From Bryobacteraceae bacterium (GTDB lineage: Bacteria; Acidobacteriota; Terriglobia; Bryobacterales; Bryobacteraceae): DNA of 24,519 bases. Numbering within the stretch: position 1 is the first letter of the stretch; each line of letters starts with the position of its first letter. The stretch covers positions 1 to 24,519 of the forward strand of contig DASQEG010000470.1 of assembly GCA_035633775.1 (NCBI GenBank), written 5' to 3'. A model generated the notes under the pieces. That model searched no databases, was not told the DNA's origin, and saw only the letters and a list, made by a program, of their open reading frames with translations. Below are positions 7,601 to 17,561 of the stretch, piece after piece. A program made the translations under genes and the position numbers.

Positions 7601-8986
7601 ATGAATCGAAGAGACTTCCTCGTCGGCGCTGCCGGCGCAGGTCCAGTGGCGGCGCAACTTCGCAGTGCGGGAGGCGTACGACCGAACATCGTCGTCGTGC
7701 TTGCGGACGATCTGCCTGCGTGGGTGCTTGGCTGTTACGGGAACAAGGATTTTCGTACGCCGAACATTGACGCACTGGCCCGCACCGGCATGCGATTCAA
7801 CAACAGCTTCGTCGTGACTCCGATCTGCTCGGCCAGCAGAGCGACGTTGTTCACTGGTCGCGTGCCGCGTCAGCATGGAATCCATGACTTTCTGACGGAC
7901 AATCCCATCGAGAGCCCGCCGCAGGGGCAGAAGGCTCCTCCCGCGAGTTTCGCGCGTGAAGTGATGATTTCCGATCTGCTGACGCAAGCCGGGTATGACT
8001 GCGGCTACGTCGGCAAGTGGCACATGGGCGCCGATCAACAGCCTGGTCATCAGTTCAGCTACACGTACACGATGGTGGGAGGGCAGCGGAGCTACACCGA
8101 TCCGGAGATGTATCTGAATGGCAAGCCTGTCCAGGAGAAGGGGTACCTGGCGGAGCTGATGACGCAGCGGGCCTGTGAGTTTCTCGATCGCCAGACCGCG
8201 ACGAAGCCATTCTTCCTGACTGTCGGTTACCTCAATCCGCACACACCGTACACCGGTCATCCGCAGCGGTACTACGATATGTACGCGAACAGCAGGTTCG
8301 ACACCGTCGGGTGGGAGCCACCCGCAGCCAACGCCCTCCGCGAAAAGGATCTGCTGAAGGACACCCTTGGGAACCTCCGGCGGGCAGCGGCGGCGACGAC
8401 GGCGCTCGACGATCAGATTCCTGTCCTCTTGAAGAAGCTTCGCGAGAAGGGCTTTACGGACAACACGCTGATCCTGTTCACCGGGGACAACGGCTATCTG
8501 CTCGGCCGGCACGGTTTGTGGAGCAAAGGGCTGGCTTCCGACCCGATCAACATGTATGAGGAAGTGATGAGGGTCCCGATGATCCTGTCGTGGGCAGGCA
8601 AGATCCCGGCCGAGGCATCGGCGACGGAGCTTGTCAGTTTCACTGATGTTCTGCCCACGCTCTGTGACGCCGCGGGCGTCACCACTCCAGGCGATCGGGG
8701 GCTGCTCGGGCGAAGCTTCCTCGGGATTGCACGACGCGACGTCCCTGACCGCAGAGCGCCGCGATGGCGCAATCTGGTGTTCGGGCACTTTCGCAATACT
8801 GAGATGGCTCGCGACGTACGTTACAAGCTGGTGCTTCGCAACGGCGGCTCAGGGCCGAACGAGTTGTACGACCTCGTCGCGGATCCGCGCGAGAAGGCAA
8901 ATCAGTACGAGAATCCGCAGTACATCACCGTCCGTGACCGGCTCGGGAAAGAGCTCGCGGGATGGCGGCAAAAGACTTCCGGATAA
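7601..8986 (+). CDS. Tat-exported sulfatase (formylglycine-dependent family), 461 aa
   Basis: Twin-arginine NRRDFL, RPNIVVVLADD, C76-SASRATLFTG, GYVGKWH, YLNPHTP, FTGDNG, ELYDLVADPRE. Confidence 0.92.
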   Translation: MNRRDFLVGAAGAGPVAAQLRSAGGVRPNIVVVLADDLPAWVLGCYGNKDFRTPNIDALARTGMRFNNSFVVTPICSASRATLFTGRVPRQHGIHDFLTDNPIESPPQGQKAPPASFAREVMISDLLTQAGYDCGYVGKWHMGADQQPGHQFSYTYTMVGGQRSYTDPEMYLNGKPVQEKGYLAELMTQRACEFLDRQTATKPFFLTVGYLNPHTPYTGHPQRYYDMYANSRFDTVGWEPPAANALREKDLLKDTLGNLRRAAAATTALDDQIPVLLKKLREKGFTDNTLILFTGDNGYLLGRHGLWSKGLASDPINMYEEVMRVPMILSWAGKIPAEASATELVSFTDVLPTLCDAAGVTTPGDRGLLGRSFLGIARRDVPDRRAPRWRNLVFGHFRNTEMARDVRYKLVLRNGGSGPNELYDLVADPREKANQYENPQYITVRDRLGKELAGWRQKTSG

Positions 8987-9033
8987 ACTGAGCAGGAGCC
9001 CTGAGCTCCGGGATTTGCGCGTTTCTCTGGTGA

Positions 9034-11382
9034 ATGCATCAGAGATTTGCAACCTCAGCAATTGTTATCCTCAGCGCACTGGCTGCACGGGCGCAAGGAC
9101 CTTTGAAACCGGCCGTGCCCGAGCCTGCCCGCGTCGACACTCACAAGGCAATCTCGGCAAAACTGGCAAGGACCGCCACAGGGCAGGGACTGACGCTGAA
9201 GTGGCGCCGCAACGGCAGCGTGCAGTCGGCCGCGGGATTCAGGTCTCGCGCGTATGCGGGGACGAAGCTGCAGGCCGCTCAATCGTTCCTTGCCGAGCAT
9301 TCAGAACTGGTCGGGCGCGCAGAAGTCTTGCCCTTCAATGAGAGGCGTCTTGGCCAGCGCACATTCATTCGCTTCCAGCAGCGGTTGCACGGCATTCCGC
9401 TTCGAGGCGCACATCTTGTAGTCAGTCTCGGCTCGGACAACTCCGTCGGCGGGGTTAGCGCACACCTTGAGCCCGCCGCGCAGGTGCGCGGCGAGTGGCG
9501 GCTGACGGCACAAGACGCGATCACACGGGCGGTCCGGGAGCACGGTGCCGCGGCCTCGGACACACCTACTGCTGAAAAGGAGTACGTGCTCGTGGAACAA
9601 AACGCCGTTCCCGCCTGGCGTGTGCGATTCGACTCGGCTGACCCTGCAGGTACCTGGGAGTACGTCGTAGCGGCCGACGATGGCCTGATTCTCGAACGGC
9701 AGAACCTCCGCCGCGGCGTCAGTGCACAAGGTTATGCTTATCCGCGGAATCCCGTCCGAGGCGAGCGTGAACGCGTGATGCTGGACAATCTTGGGACTGA
9801 CGGTTCGCTGACCAGCGCACAAACCAAAGTCTTCTCTTACCTGCCTGCTCTGAAAGGCCAGGTTGAACCAGGAACTGTGGTGCAGGGCGCGGCCATGCGA
9901 GGCGGCAACTTTCTGTACGAGGCCGATGACGCGCGAGCCGCCGAGGTGCAACTCTACTGGGGCATGGAAACCGCGAGCGCACGGTTTCGCGCACTCGGTT
10001 TCGAGGGCTTCTCGCAGCCACTTCAGGGTGTGGTCCTCTACCAGGACTGGGACCCGGAGAAGAAGCGCTTCATCGGGGCGGACAATGCGTTCTTCAAGCC
10101 GGGCGCGTTCGGTGAAGGCCGCGGTGGTATTTTCTTCTACCTGACGAGCCGACAGGGCGACACTTCTCTCGACACCGACGTCATTTTTCACGAGTACACG
10201 CATGCGGTGGTCAACGAACTCGTGGGTCCGCGACAGAGTGCAGGCTTCCGAGCACTAAACGAAGGCACAGCCGATTACTTTTCCAGCAGCTTCCTCGACG
10301 ACCCTGTGATGGCGGAGTATGTGGCGAAGATCTTCGGCCTGCGGTCCCCGTTCCTTCGCAGGACCGACAATGAGCAAGCCTGGCCCTACAGCGCAGTTGG
10401 AGAAGAGCACGCCGACGGCAACATCTGGAGCGGCGCCTTGTGGGATGTTCGGCGCGTGCTCGGTGCGGCAGCAACGGATGAGATCGCAATTAACACCGTT
10501 GCGTTCCTGTCGCCCGACGCAGAGTTCTACGATGCGGCAGAGATGGCTGTGCTCACGGCTGAGGAGCTTTATGGTGAGCGCACGGCGGAGCTGGTCGCTA
10601 AAGTGATGGGGCAGCGCGGTCTGCTCACGCAGGCCGCAGAAACTGCCGCGAATTCACGATGGCTTGAGTCTGGCGCCTCTGCCGAGGGAACGATTGCAGC
10701 TGCCAGGCCCGGGTACCTCCTTCTCGGCGAGCAGCAATACAGGATCGAAGTGCCGCATCGCGCGACAAAGTTGAACGTTCGCGTACGGGCGAACAGCGAC
10801 GCGCGATTCTACATCCGTTATCGCGTGCCGGTCACCATCGAACAAGGCAAGCTGCAGGCCGAACAAATGTCGGACACCGGGACGAGTCTGGGCGGGTACC
10901 TGTCTGTTGAAAATACCCCGGAGCTCCAGGCCGGCACATACTACGTCGCTGTCGTCAACGCTTCAACGAGCCCGCTTGAGTATAGTGTGCGAGTTGAGGT
11001 GGACGACTACAACCCCGCCGCTCGTCCTGCCCTTATCGCTGTCCGTGACGGTGAGACTGTCCAGGGGTCGCTGCCGTCAGGACCGTTCCTCGGCTCGAGG
11101 CAGTTCGCGGTCGAGGTGCCCGAAGGCACGTCTGCCCTGTCCCTCACGCTGGAAGGTGACGAGGACGTTGACCTGTACGTTCGTCAGGGCCGTTTCGTGA
11201 CCGTCAACGGCACCGGGTTCCCGGAAGCCGATCTGGTCGCCAACAGCCCCGACACCCGTGAGTACCTTCGCATTACAGGAGAGAACGGCGGGCCCATACC
11301 GCCCGGCGTCTACGTTGTAGGGACATATAACTACAGTCAGGCAACCACGCGCTTTCGCTTAACGGCCCGCTTTGAGCGGTGA
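9034..11382 (+). CDS. Secreted M36/M4-family zinc metallopeptidase with FTP/PepSY propeptide and two C-terminal PPC-like beta domains, 782 aa
   Basis: Signal peptide, propeptide-like FIRFQQRLHGIPL and AWRVRF...WEYVVAADDG, VIFHEYTH (H386-E387-H390), LNEGTADY, EEHADGNIWSGALWD, and repeated YRIEVP/FAVEVP...DxDxYxR modules. Confidence 0.88.
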   Translation: MHQRFATSAIVILSALAARAQGPLKPAVPEPARVDTHKAISAKLARTATGQGLTLKWRRNGSVQSAAGFRSRAYAGTKLQAAQSFLAEHSELVGRAEVLPFNERRLGQRTFIRFQQRLHGIPLRGAHLVVSLGSDNSVGGVSAHLEPAAQVRGEWRLTAQDAITRAVREHGAAASDTPTAEKEYVLVEQNAVPAWRVRFDSADPAGTWEYVVAADDGLILERQNLRRGVSAQGYAYPRNPVRGERERVMLDNLGTDGSLTSAQTKVFSYLPALKGQVEPGTVVQGAAMRGGNFLYEADDARAAEVQLYWGMETASARFRALGFEGFSQPLQGVVLYQDWDPEKKRFIGADNAFFKPGAFGEGRGGIFFYLTSRQGDTSLDTDVIFHEYTHAVVNELVGPRQSAGFRALNEGTADYFSSSFLDDPVMAEYVAKIFGLRSPFLRRTDNEQAWPYSAVGEEHADGNIWSGALWDVRRVLGAAATDEIAINTVAFLSPDAEFYDAAEMAVLTAEELYGERTAELVAKVMGQRGLLTQAAETAANSRWLESGASAEGTIAAARPGYLLLGEQQYRIEVPHRATKLNVRVRANSDARFYIRYRVPVTIEQGKLQAEQMSDTGTSLGGYLSVENTPELQAGTYYVAVVNASTSPLEYSVRVEVDDYNPAARPALIAVRDGETVQGSLPSGPFLGSRQFAVEVPEGTSALSLTLEGDEDVDLYVRQGRFVTVNGTGFPEADLVANSPDTREYLRITGENGGPIPPGVYVVGTYNYSQATTRFRLTARFER

Positions 11383-13110
11383 AGCAGCGAGCGTTTGCCG
11401 GATATATGCAGCAACGACTTCTTCCAGCATCTCCATAGGCAACGCGCCATTGCGCAACACCACATCGTGGAAATCGCGGATGTCGAACCTGGGGCCGAGT
11501 TCCTTCTCGGCCCTGTTTCGCAGCTCGCGTATCTTGATCTGGCCCATCTTGTAGGACAGAGCCTGTGCTGGCCAGGAAATGTAGCGATCAATCTCCGCGA
11601 CGCTCTCCGTCGGAGCATGTGTGCTGAAGTAGTCGATCGCCTGAGCGCGACTCCACGCAAGCGCGTGCATCCCCGTATCTACGACCAGCCTGACTGCACG
11701 GAACCGCTCGCTGTCCAGTGCTCCAAATCGGCTTAGCGGATCGCGGTAAACGCCCAGTTCAGAACCGAGCAGCTCAACATACAGCGCCCAGCCTTCGGTA
11801 TAGGCGGAAAGGCGTCCGCCTCCTTTTCGGAACTCCGGCAAATCACCGAGCTCCAGCGCAACCGAAAGCTGAAACACGTGCCCCGGAGCCGCCTCATGCA
11901 GTACGAGGGCTTCCTTGTCGTACTTAAGCTGCTTCTCCGGTTCGAAGGTATTCAGGTTAAACCAGCCCGGCCGCGAGCCGTCCGGAGATGGCGGTTGAGC
12001 ATTGCTCGCCGTCGAAGCCTCGACCGCTTCCGGAATCGCCCGAATTCCGTAGATCAGGCGAGGGATGCGTCGGAACAGCCGAGGCAGCTCCGGTTCAATG
12101 ACCTTGGCCGCGTTTCGACAGTAGATCAACATCTCCTCTTTCGATCGGAACCGCTGCTCCGGCATGGACGCGATCTTCTTTTCGAACTCGTGAAGTGAGC
12201 CGGTGAAGCTCTGGCTGCGGGCGATGGCGAGCATCTCCTTCTCAATCCTCTCCACCTCCTGCTTCCCGATTTCGTGAATCTGCTCGGGCGAAAGATTGGT
12301 CGTTGTCATGGATCGAACCTGGGCGGCGTACAGCTTCTGACCCTCACTAACGGAGGTGAGTGCAATCGCCCCACGCGCCCGTGGCGCATAGGTTCCTTCG
12401 AAGAAGCCCAGCAGTCTTCGCCACGCTGGAAGGAACGAGTCGGAATAGGCCTTCGCCGCGTCGGCCTTCACGCGGTTGCGCTCAGACTCAGGAAGGGCGG
12501 CGGGCATCTGGCGAAACGGAGTAAGAAGCTCGGACCGCTCGGGTTCGGCTACTGCCTGCGCTCGCAATTGCGCAACGATCCGCTCCACAACCACCGGTGG
12601 CTGAACCAGGCCGCGAGCGATCGCCTCGGTAAACGTAGCGATGTTCTGGTCGACCAGGGCAGGCACAGCGTTCAATCGCTTGATGATGTTCTCGTAGTCC
12701 CGCACCGTACTTCGCGGCATTGCATCCACAGTAAGGAACACGCGCGAGTGGAATCCGAGAATCTGCGTGACCCGCAGCAAGTACGTGTCAAGCACCGCAG
12801 TGTCCGATTCACGTTCGAGCGTGTACAGCAGCAGTCGGGTGCTCAGGTCGTCCTGTTCTGAAAGTTTCGTCTTAAGGAACGGCTTCAGGCGCTCGACAAA
12901 CTCCTGACGCTTTCGCGTGCGCTGCTCGATGGCTTGCCGGGACCAGTCAGTCCAGCGGTCATCGTACTCGGTCCGGCCCCGAAACGTGGCTGCTTCGGGA
13001 AAGTTCCGCATCTGGTCCTCGAAGAAGTCGTGAAAGATGCGGTGCAACGCATCGTTACGCTGAGCGAAGGCGACGGGAATAAGTGCGAGCAACAGCAGAT
13101 TCCTGAGCAT
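11359..13110 (-). CDS. DUF885 family exported protein (metallopeptidase-like), 583 aa
   Basis: Signal peptide, LSPEQIHEIG, LHEAAPGHVFQ, AYTEGWALYVE, RAVRLVVDTGMH, EIDRYISWPAQALSYKMG, FDIRDFHDVVL. Its 3' end overlaps the peptidase gene by 24 nt. Confidence 0.92.
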   Translation of the reverse strand: MLRNLLLLALIPVAFAQRNDALHRIFHDFFEDQMRNFPEAATFRGRTEYDDRWTDWSRQAIEQRTRKRQEFVERLKPFLKTKLSEQDDLSTRLLLYTLERESDTAVLDTYLLRVTQILGFHSRVFLTVDAMPRSTVRDYENIIKRLNAVPALVDQNIATFTEAIARGLVQPPVVVERIVAQLRAQAVAEPERSELLTPFRQMPAALPESERNRVKADAAKAYSDSFLPAWRRLLGFFEGTYAPRARGAIALTSVSEGQKLYAAQVRSMTTTNLSPEQIHEIGKQEVERIEKEMLAIARSQSFTGSLHEFEKKIASMPEQRFRSKEEMLIYCRNAAKVIEPELPRLFRRIPRLIYGIRAIPEAVEASTASNAQPPSPDGSRPGWFNLNTFEPEKQLKYDKEALVLHEAAPGHVFQLSVALELGDLPEFRKGGGRLSAYTEGWALYVELLGSELGVYRDPLSRFGALDSERFRAVRLVVDTGMHALAWSRAQAIDYFSTHAPTESVAEIDRYISWPAQALSYKMGQIKIRELRNRAEKELGPRFDIRDFHDVVLRNGALPMEMLEEVVAAYIRQTLAASPLKAGR

Positions 13111-13119
13111 AGTGGTGGC

Positions 13120-13131
13120 AGTTTAGCGTAC
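13120..13131 (-). promoter_or_regulatory. Possible -10 element for the DUF885 gene (GTACGC-TAAACT)
   Basis: TAAACT on the minus strand at 13125-13120, 9 nt before ATG 13110. No clear -35. Confidence 0.3.
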
Positions 13132-13160
13132 ACGCACTGCGCCGCGCGCGTCTCCTGTTC

Positions 13161-14030
13161 ATGACGACCTGGGCCGTATGGGCCGGCGCCGCGATATTGC
13201 TGTATGGGGTCGCTGCATGGGGTGCCAGCAGGATGCTCTATTACCCAATGAAGTACCCGGCCGGCAACTGGGAGGTACAGGAGTCCATTGGGGCTCGGGA
13301 CGTCCATCTGAGAGCTGCCGACGGGACCGCCCTGCATGCCTGGTGGATCGAACGCCCGGGAGCGAAGCTCGCGACGATCCATCTGCACGGCAACGCCGGC
13401 AATGTTACGCACCGGGCACTTTCGGCAGAACACATCCTGGCAGCGGGATCCTCGGTGCTGCTTCTCGACTATCGTGGCTATGGCAAGAGCGAAGGCCGGC
13501 CCTCCGAAAAGGGGCTGTACCAGGATGCCGAGGCTGCATTCAAGTGGGTCCTGTCACAGGGGTTTCGGCCGCAGCAGATCATCCTGCACGGCGAATCTCT
13601 CGGTACAGCCGTGGCGACCCATCTCGCTGCCGGCGCCGAGGTCGGCGGGGTGATTCTTGAGGCTCCTCTTACCTCCGCGCGGGCAGTGGCGGGGCGGGTA
13701 GTCCCTGTGCTTGGGCCTTTGCTGGTGTCCGGCTATAACAGCCTCGGCCGAATCAAAAAGGTGCGCGCGCCGCTGCTGGTCATCCACGGGGACCGCGACG
13801 AGGTGCTTGCGTATGACCTTGGCCAGGAATTGTTCCGAGCAGCGAATGAGCCGAAGACTTTCTGGACCATCCGCAATGCCACGCACAACGATATTCACCT
13901 GGTAGGCCGGGCCGAGTTCTCCATCCGCCTTGCTGCTTTCTACCGCACACTCCGGGAGCAAAGTAGCGCGTTGCTTAAAATCAACCCCGCCGAAGCAAGC
14001 AGGCTTGAAGCCCAGCTTCCTGAGAAGTAA
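13161..14030 (+). CDS. Membrane-anchored alpha/beta hydrolase (ABHD13/17, BEM46-like), 289 aa
   Basis: N-terminal hydrophobic anchor, HLHGNAGN, DYRGYGKSEG, GESLG nucleophile elbow, VIHGDRDEV, THND. Confidence 0.92.
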   Translation: MTTWAVWAGAAILLYGVAAWGASRMLYYPMKYPAGNWEVQESIGARDVHLRAADGTALHAWWIERPGAKLATIHLHGNAGNVTHRALSAEHILAAGSSVLLLDYRGYGKSEGRPSEKGLYQDAEAAFKWVLSQGFRPQQIILHGESLGTAVATHLAAGAEVGGVILEAPLTSARAVAGRVVPVLGPLLVSGYNSLGRIKKVRAPLLVIHGDRDEVLAYDLGQELFRAANEPKTFWTIRNATHNDIHLVGRAEFSIRLAAFYRTLREQSSALLKINPAEASRLEAQLPEK

Positions 14031-14272
14031 CCGGCGCTGTTCCGACCGCGCAGCGGGAAGATGTGACAACAGGATCGGTCTTCAGGGTTCTTCCTCCATC
14101 GGAATCGCAAGCAGGAACTATGTGAAAGTGAGGTCGACTGCCAACACAGCAGAAACGTTCGCTGAAGCAGGACAACAAGGGCCATAATGTCTAGGGCGGC
14201 AGAGCCGTAAAGCCTGGTCCGAACAAGTGGATGAGGTCACGCTCAATCGCTGTCAGTGACGCCAGCTAAGCA

Positions 14273-14641
14273 ATGACTAAGCCTCTCGAACTTCGCGTTT
14301 CGATGATCTCCTTGGGAGTATCTGACATGTCGCGGTCAGTGCAGTTTTACTCCGAGACGCTCGGATTGGAGCTCGCAGGGCCTCAGGGCGAAGTAACGGT
14401 GCTCCGTGCGGGAGACGTGATAATTGCGCTGAACCGGCCGCTCGGTCAGAGTGCCGGCGGCGCGATGGCCGGGGCCGTCGAGGTTGTCTTTCGTGTCAGT
14501 AGTGTGGCCGAGGCACATCGGCTCCTTGCTGACCGTGGGTGTACCTTCATCCGCCAGCCGCGCGAGATCTTCCCTGGAAATCACGCAGCCACGTTCACCG
14601 ATCCTGACGGCCACCATCTAACCCTGCTCGGGCCCGAGTAG
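14273..14641 (+). CDS. VOC/glyoxalase family protein, 122 aa
   Basis: ISLGVSDMSRSVQFYSETLGL, VEVVFRV, ATFTDPDGHHLTL. Confidence 0.9.
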   Translation: MTKPLELRVSMISLGVSDMSRSVQFYSETLGLELAGPQGEVTVLRAGDVIIALNRPLGQSAGGAMAGAVEVVFRVSSVAEAHRLLADRGCTFIRQPREIFPGNHAATFTDPDGHHLTLLGPE

Positions 14642-14644
14642 ACG

Positions 14645-17285
14645 CTACTGCGATCGAAGCGTAGCGGCAGGATCGATGCGGATAGCTCGGATTGCGGGCG
14701 GTAGTGCAGCGACGATCGCCACCGCCAGAATCACCGCAGCCGGAAGTGCGAGCATGGCCACGTCGGTTGCCTCCACGCCGAAGAGCATGGATCGGACGTA
14801 TCGCTCGCACGCCAGCCCGATCGCCACGCCCGCGAAGGCTCCCACCATCACCATAGCCAGCGTCTCCGATGCGATGCCGCGCAACACCAGTGAGGCTCTT
14901 GCACCGAGCGCCATCCGAATGCCGATCTCGCGCCGCTGCTGCAGCACCGAATAATCCAGCACACCAAACAAACCGACGCCCGCCAGCAACAGCGCCAGGC
15001 CGGAGAAAAACAACGCTATAGCCGCCAGCAGCCGTTCGCGGACGGTATAGGCGTCGATCAACTCGCGTTGCGTTCTTAGATTACTCACGCGGAACTCGGA
15101 TCGAGCACGGGAAACTTCGCTTCGCAGCACGGCGGCGAGTTGCGGCGAGTCCGCCTGTGACGTGCGAACCAGAATTGTCGCGTCCCTGACGGGCTGCGTT
15201 TGCGCCTTTGCATCCACCGAGCGGAAGGGCAGGTACACCACGGGCACGATCGGCTCCCGCGGTCCGGCATATCTTGCATTCGCTGCGACACCGACGATCT
15301 CATAGGGCGCTTGTCCGAAAGTGATCTCGAACGTCTTGCCGAGAGGGTTTTCCCCGCTGAAGTACTGCCGGACGAATGCCTCGTTCACGATTGCAGCTCC
15401 CGGCGTGGCGTCGCCCTCGCGCAAGTCTCTGCCCGCCATCAGCGGAATCTTCATTGTTTCCAACCAGCCAGGCGACATCGTCAAAATGTAGGGCAGCACC
15501 TGCTCGGGCGCCCCCTTTCGCACTGAGATGTACTCGTTCCAGGTTCGGCCGCTCATCAGCGCCTGCCCGGAAAACGCGACGGACTGAACTCCCGGTACCG
15601 AGCGGAGGTGATCTGCCACCTGCGCCCACGCCTGCGGTAACTGCGGGGTGGCGGCGACAGTATCGAGCACAAGCAGCCGGTCGGCATCGAAGCCCAGCGG
15701 CTGATCGGTCAATTTCTGATACGTTCCGACGAAGAGGCCTCCGGCAAAGTGCACCACGAAGCAGAACGCAACCTGCACACCCACCAGCGCGCGCATGAAC
15801 CGACGGCGCTGGTGGGGGTCTTCACCGCCCTTCAGAGCGCTCGCGGGCCTCACGCTGGACGCCCTCAAGGCCGGTGCCAGTCCAAACAGCACGGTTGCGG
15901 CAAGCGTCACACCGGCTCCGAATCCGAGTACCCTCCAATCAGGCGGCAGATAGATTCTCGCCGGATCATCCGGCGGGTTGATCATCGAGACGATGAAGGG
16001 CGCCGACCACCATGCAAACACCGCCCCTGCTGCGGTGGCCAGCACAGCCAGGCACAGGCTTTCCATCATTACGAGCTGGATGAGCCGGGCACGTCCGGCA
16101 CCGATCGACACGCGCAGTGCCATCTCCCGCGCTCTCGATGCAGCACGGGCGGACATGAGGTTCGCAACGTTGACACAAGCGATCAGCAGGACCAGCGCAA
16201 CCAGCACTGCAACTGCCACTAAGCCGCTTCTGTTGCTTTGCTGGATGTTGGAGTACCCCGACGACGCAGGCCTAAGTGCCGCCCTGCGCTTCAGAAATAT
16301 CTGCTTGTCCGCGCTGGGCATGCCAGTGAAGCCCTTCACCCGCCGCTGCTGGAAAGCCTGAAAAGGGCCCTGAAAGCGATCCTCAACGGACTTCAGCGCC
16401 ACGCCGGGATGCAGGTGCAGCATGGCTCGAAGCCAGTGAGCACCTATGCGGTCGACCGAGGGGTGCATGACCGCGGGGACGAAGATATCGACGGACACGC
16501 CGGGCTCGGTTCCTGTGAATGGCGCAGCTACCGATCACCTCGAACACCTGATTGCCGGCCCGGAACGTGCGCCCAGGAATGTTTCGATCCTGGCCAAAGC
16601 GGCGGGTCCAATAGTCATGGGAGAGAACCGCATAGGGGTGGGCGCCCGGCGTTCTGTCATCGCGCTCAGTCAGGACCCGGCCGATCGCCGGCTGAAGTCC
16701 AAAGGTCGTGAACATGGACCCAGATACGTATTGCCGCCGTGCTTTCTCAATCTCGGTGCTTCCTGACCAGTTCACGTCGACGCGCTCGGCAAAGGAAATC
16801 GCGAGCAGCTCGGCCTCGCCCCGCGCTGCTTCGCGCAGTTCGCGGAAAAGTGGATATTGCATTCCGTCGCCGAAGGTGACCTGGCCATCCCTGCCGGGAA
16901 TCAGCACGCCAGCTATGTGCAGCCGTTCGGCAGAAAGGATCGGCAGCGGCCGAAGCAGCAGTGCATCTATGAGGCGGAACGCCGAAATGGATGCTCCCAC
17001 GGCCAGTCCGAGAGACAGCACCGCCGCAGCGGACGTGACGGGACTTTTGGCGATCTGTCGGGCGGCGAAGACAGCATCGGCTCGGAGCGACTCGGCCCAC
17101 GCGAGTGTTCGAATGTCCCGGCTTGCCTCACGATGCTGCAGCGCATTGCCCAGAGCTGCCCGCGCCGTGGCGGGATCGTCGCCGTTGCTGATTGCTTCTT
17201 CGACGTGAGCGTTTAGCTCCTCATCCAGGTCGCGGTTCAGGCGATCGCCCTTGAAGAGGTTCCGAATGCGCGTGATCAGAGACAT
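14645..17285 (-). pseudogene. ADOP (acidobacterial duplicated orphan permease, MacB-like), split by one frameshift near 16530; true pseudogene or sequence error
   Basis: ORF 16383-17285 gives the N-part (permease prefix DLDEELNAHVEE, SPVTSAAAVLSLGL, VLSHDYWTRRFG, FEVIG). ORF 14645-16498 gives the rest (LLIACVNVANL, RAREMALRVSIGA, QRRREIGIRMALGA, IDPAATLR). After ATC GGT the homologous text VAAPFTGTEPGVSVDIF continues in another frame. Total span is 2641 nt (3n+1). Confidence 0.85.
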
Positions 17286-17407
17286 GGGACGGTCTGGTTG
17301 CCCTCTGTTGGTGAGACTGCTCCATATTGAGCTATCTCCATAGGGCTGTCAAGACCTGCCCCTGAGTGTGAAGCCCAGAGCGTAAGCTACCCGTTTGCTT
17401 CCGTTTG

Positions 17408-17416
17408 TGCTAAACT
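17408..17416 (+). promoter_or_regulatory. Extended -10 promoter for rplU-rpmA-obg
   Basis: TG-C-TAAACT at 17408-17416, about 145 nt upstream of the rplU ATG. Confidence 0.45.
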
Positions 17417-17561
17417 CCAGTTTTGCGGCACATGTTGTAGGGCGCCCTCCTGGTGTGTTCCCCACGATCATCTTCGGGTCCACAGCAGCGGAATCCGGCT
17501 TCGTAGCGGGATGGAGCACTTTGATATGAGCTCGCAACGAAAGCTTAGCCCAGAGGACCTT

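Noticed and set aside
8995-9009. GGAGC-CCTGA-GCTCC hairpin after the sulfatase
   Set aside because: Only 5 bp and no U tract, so it is not a credible terminator.
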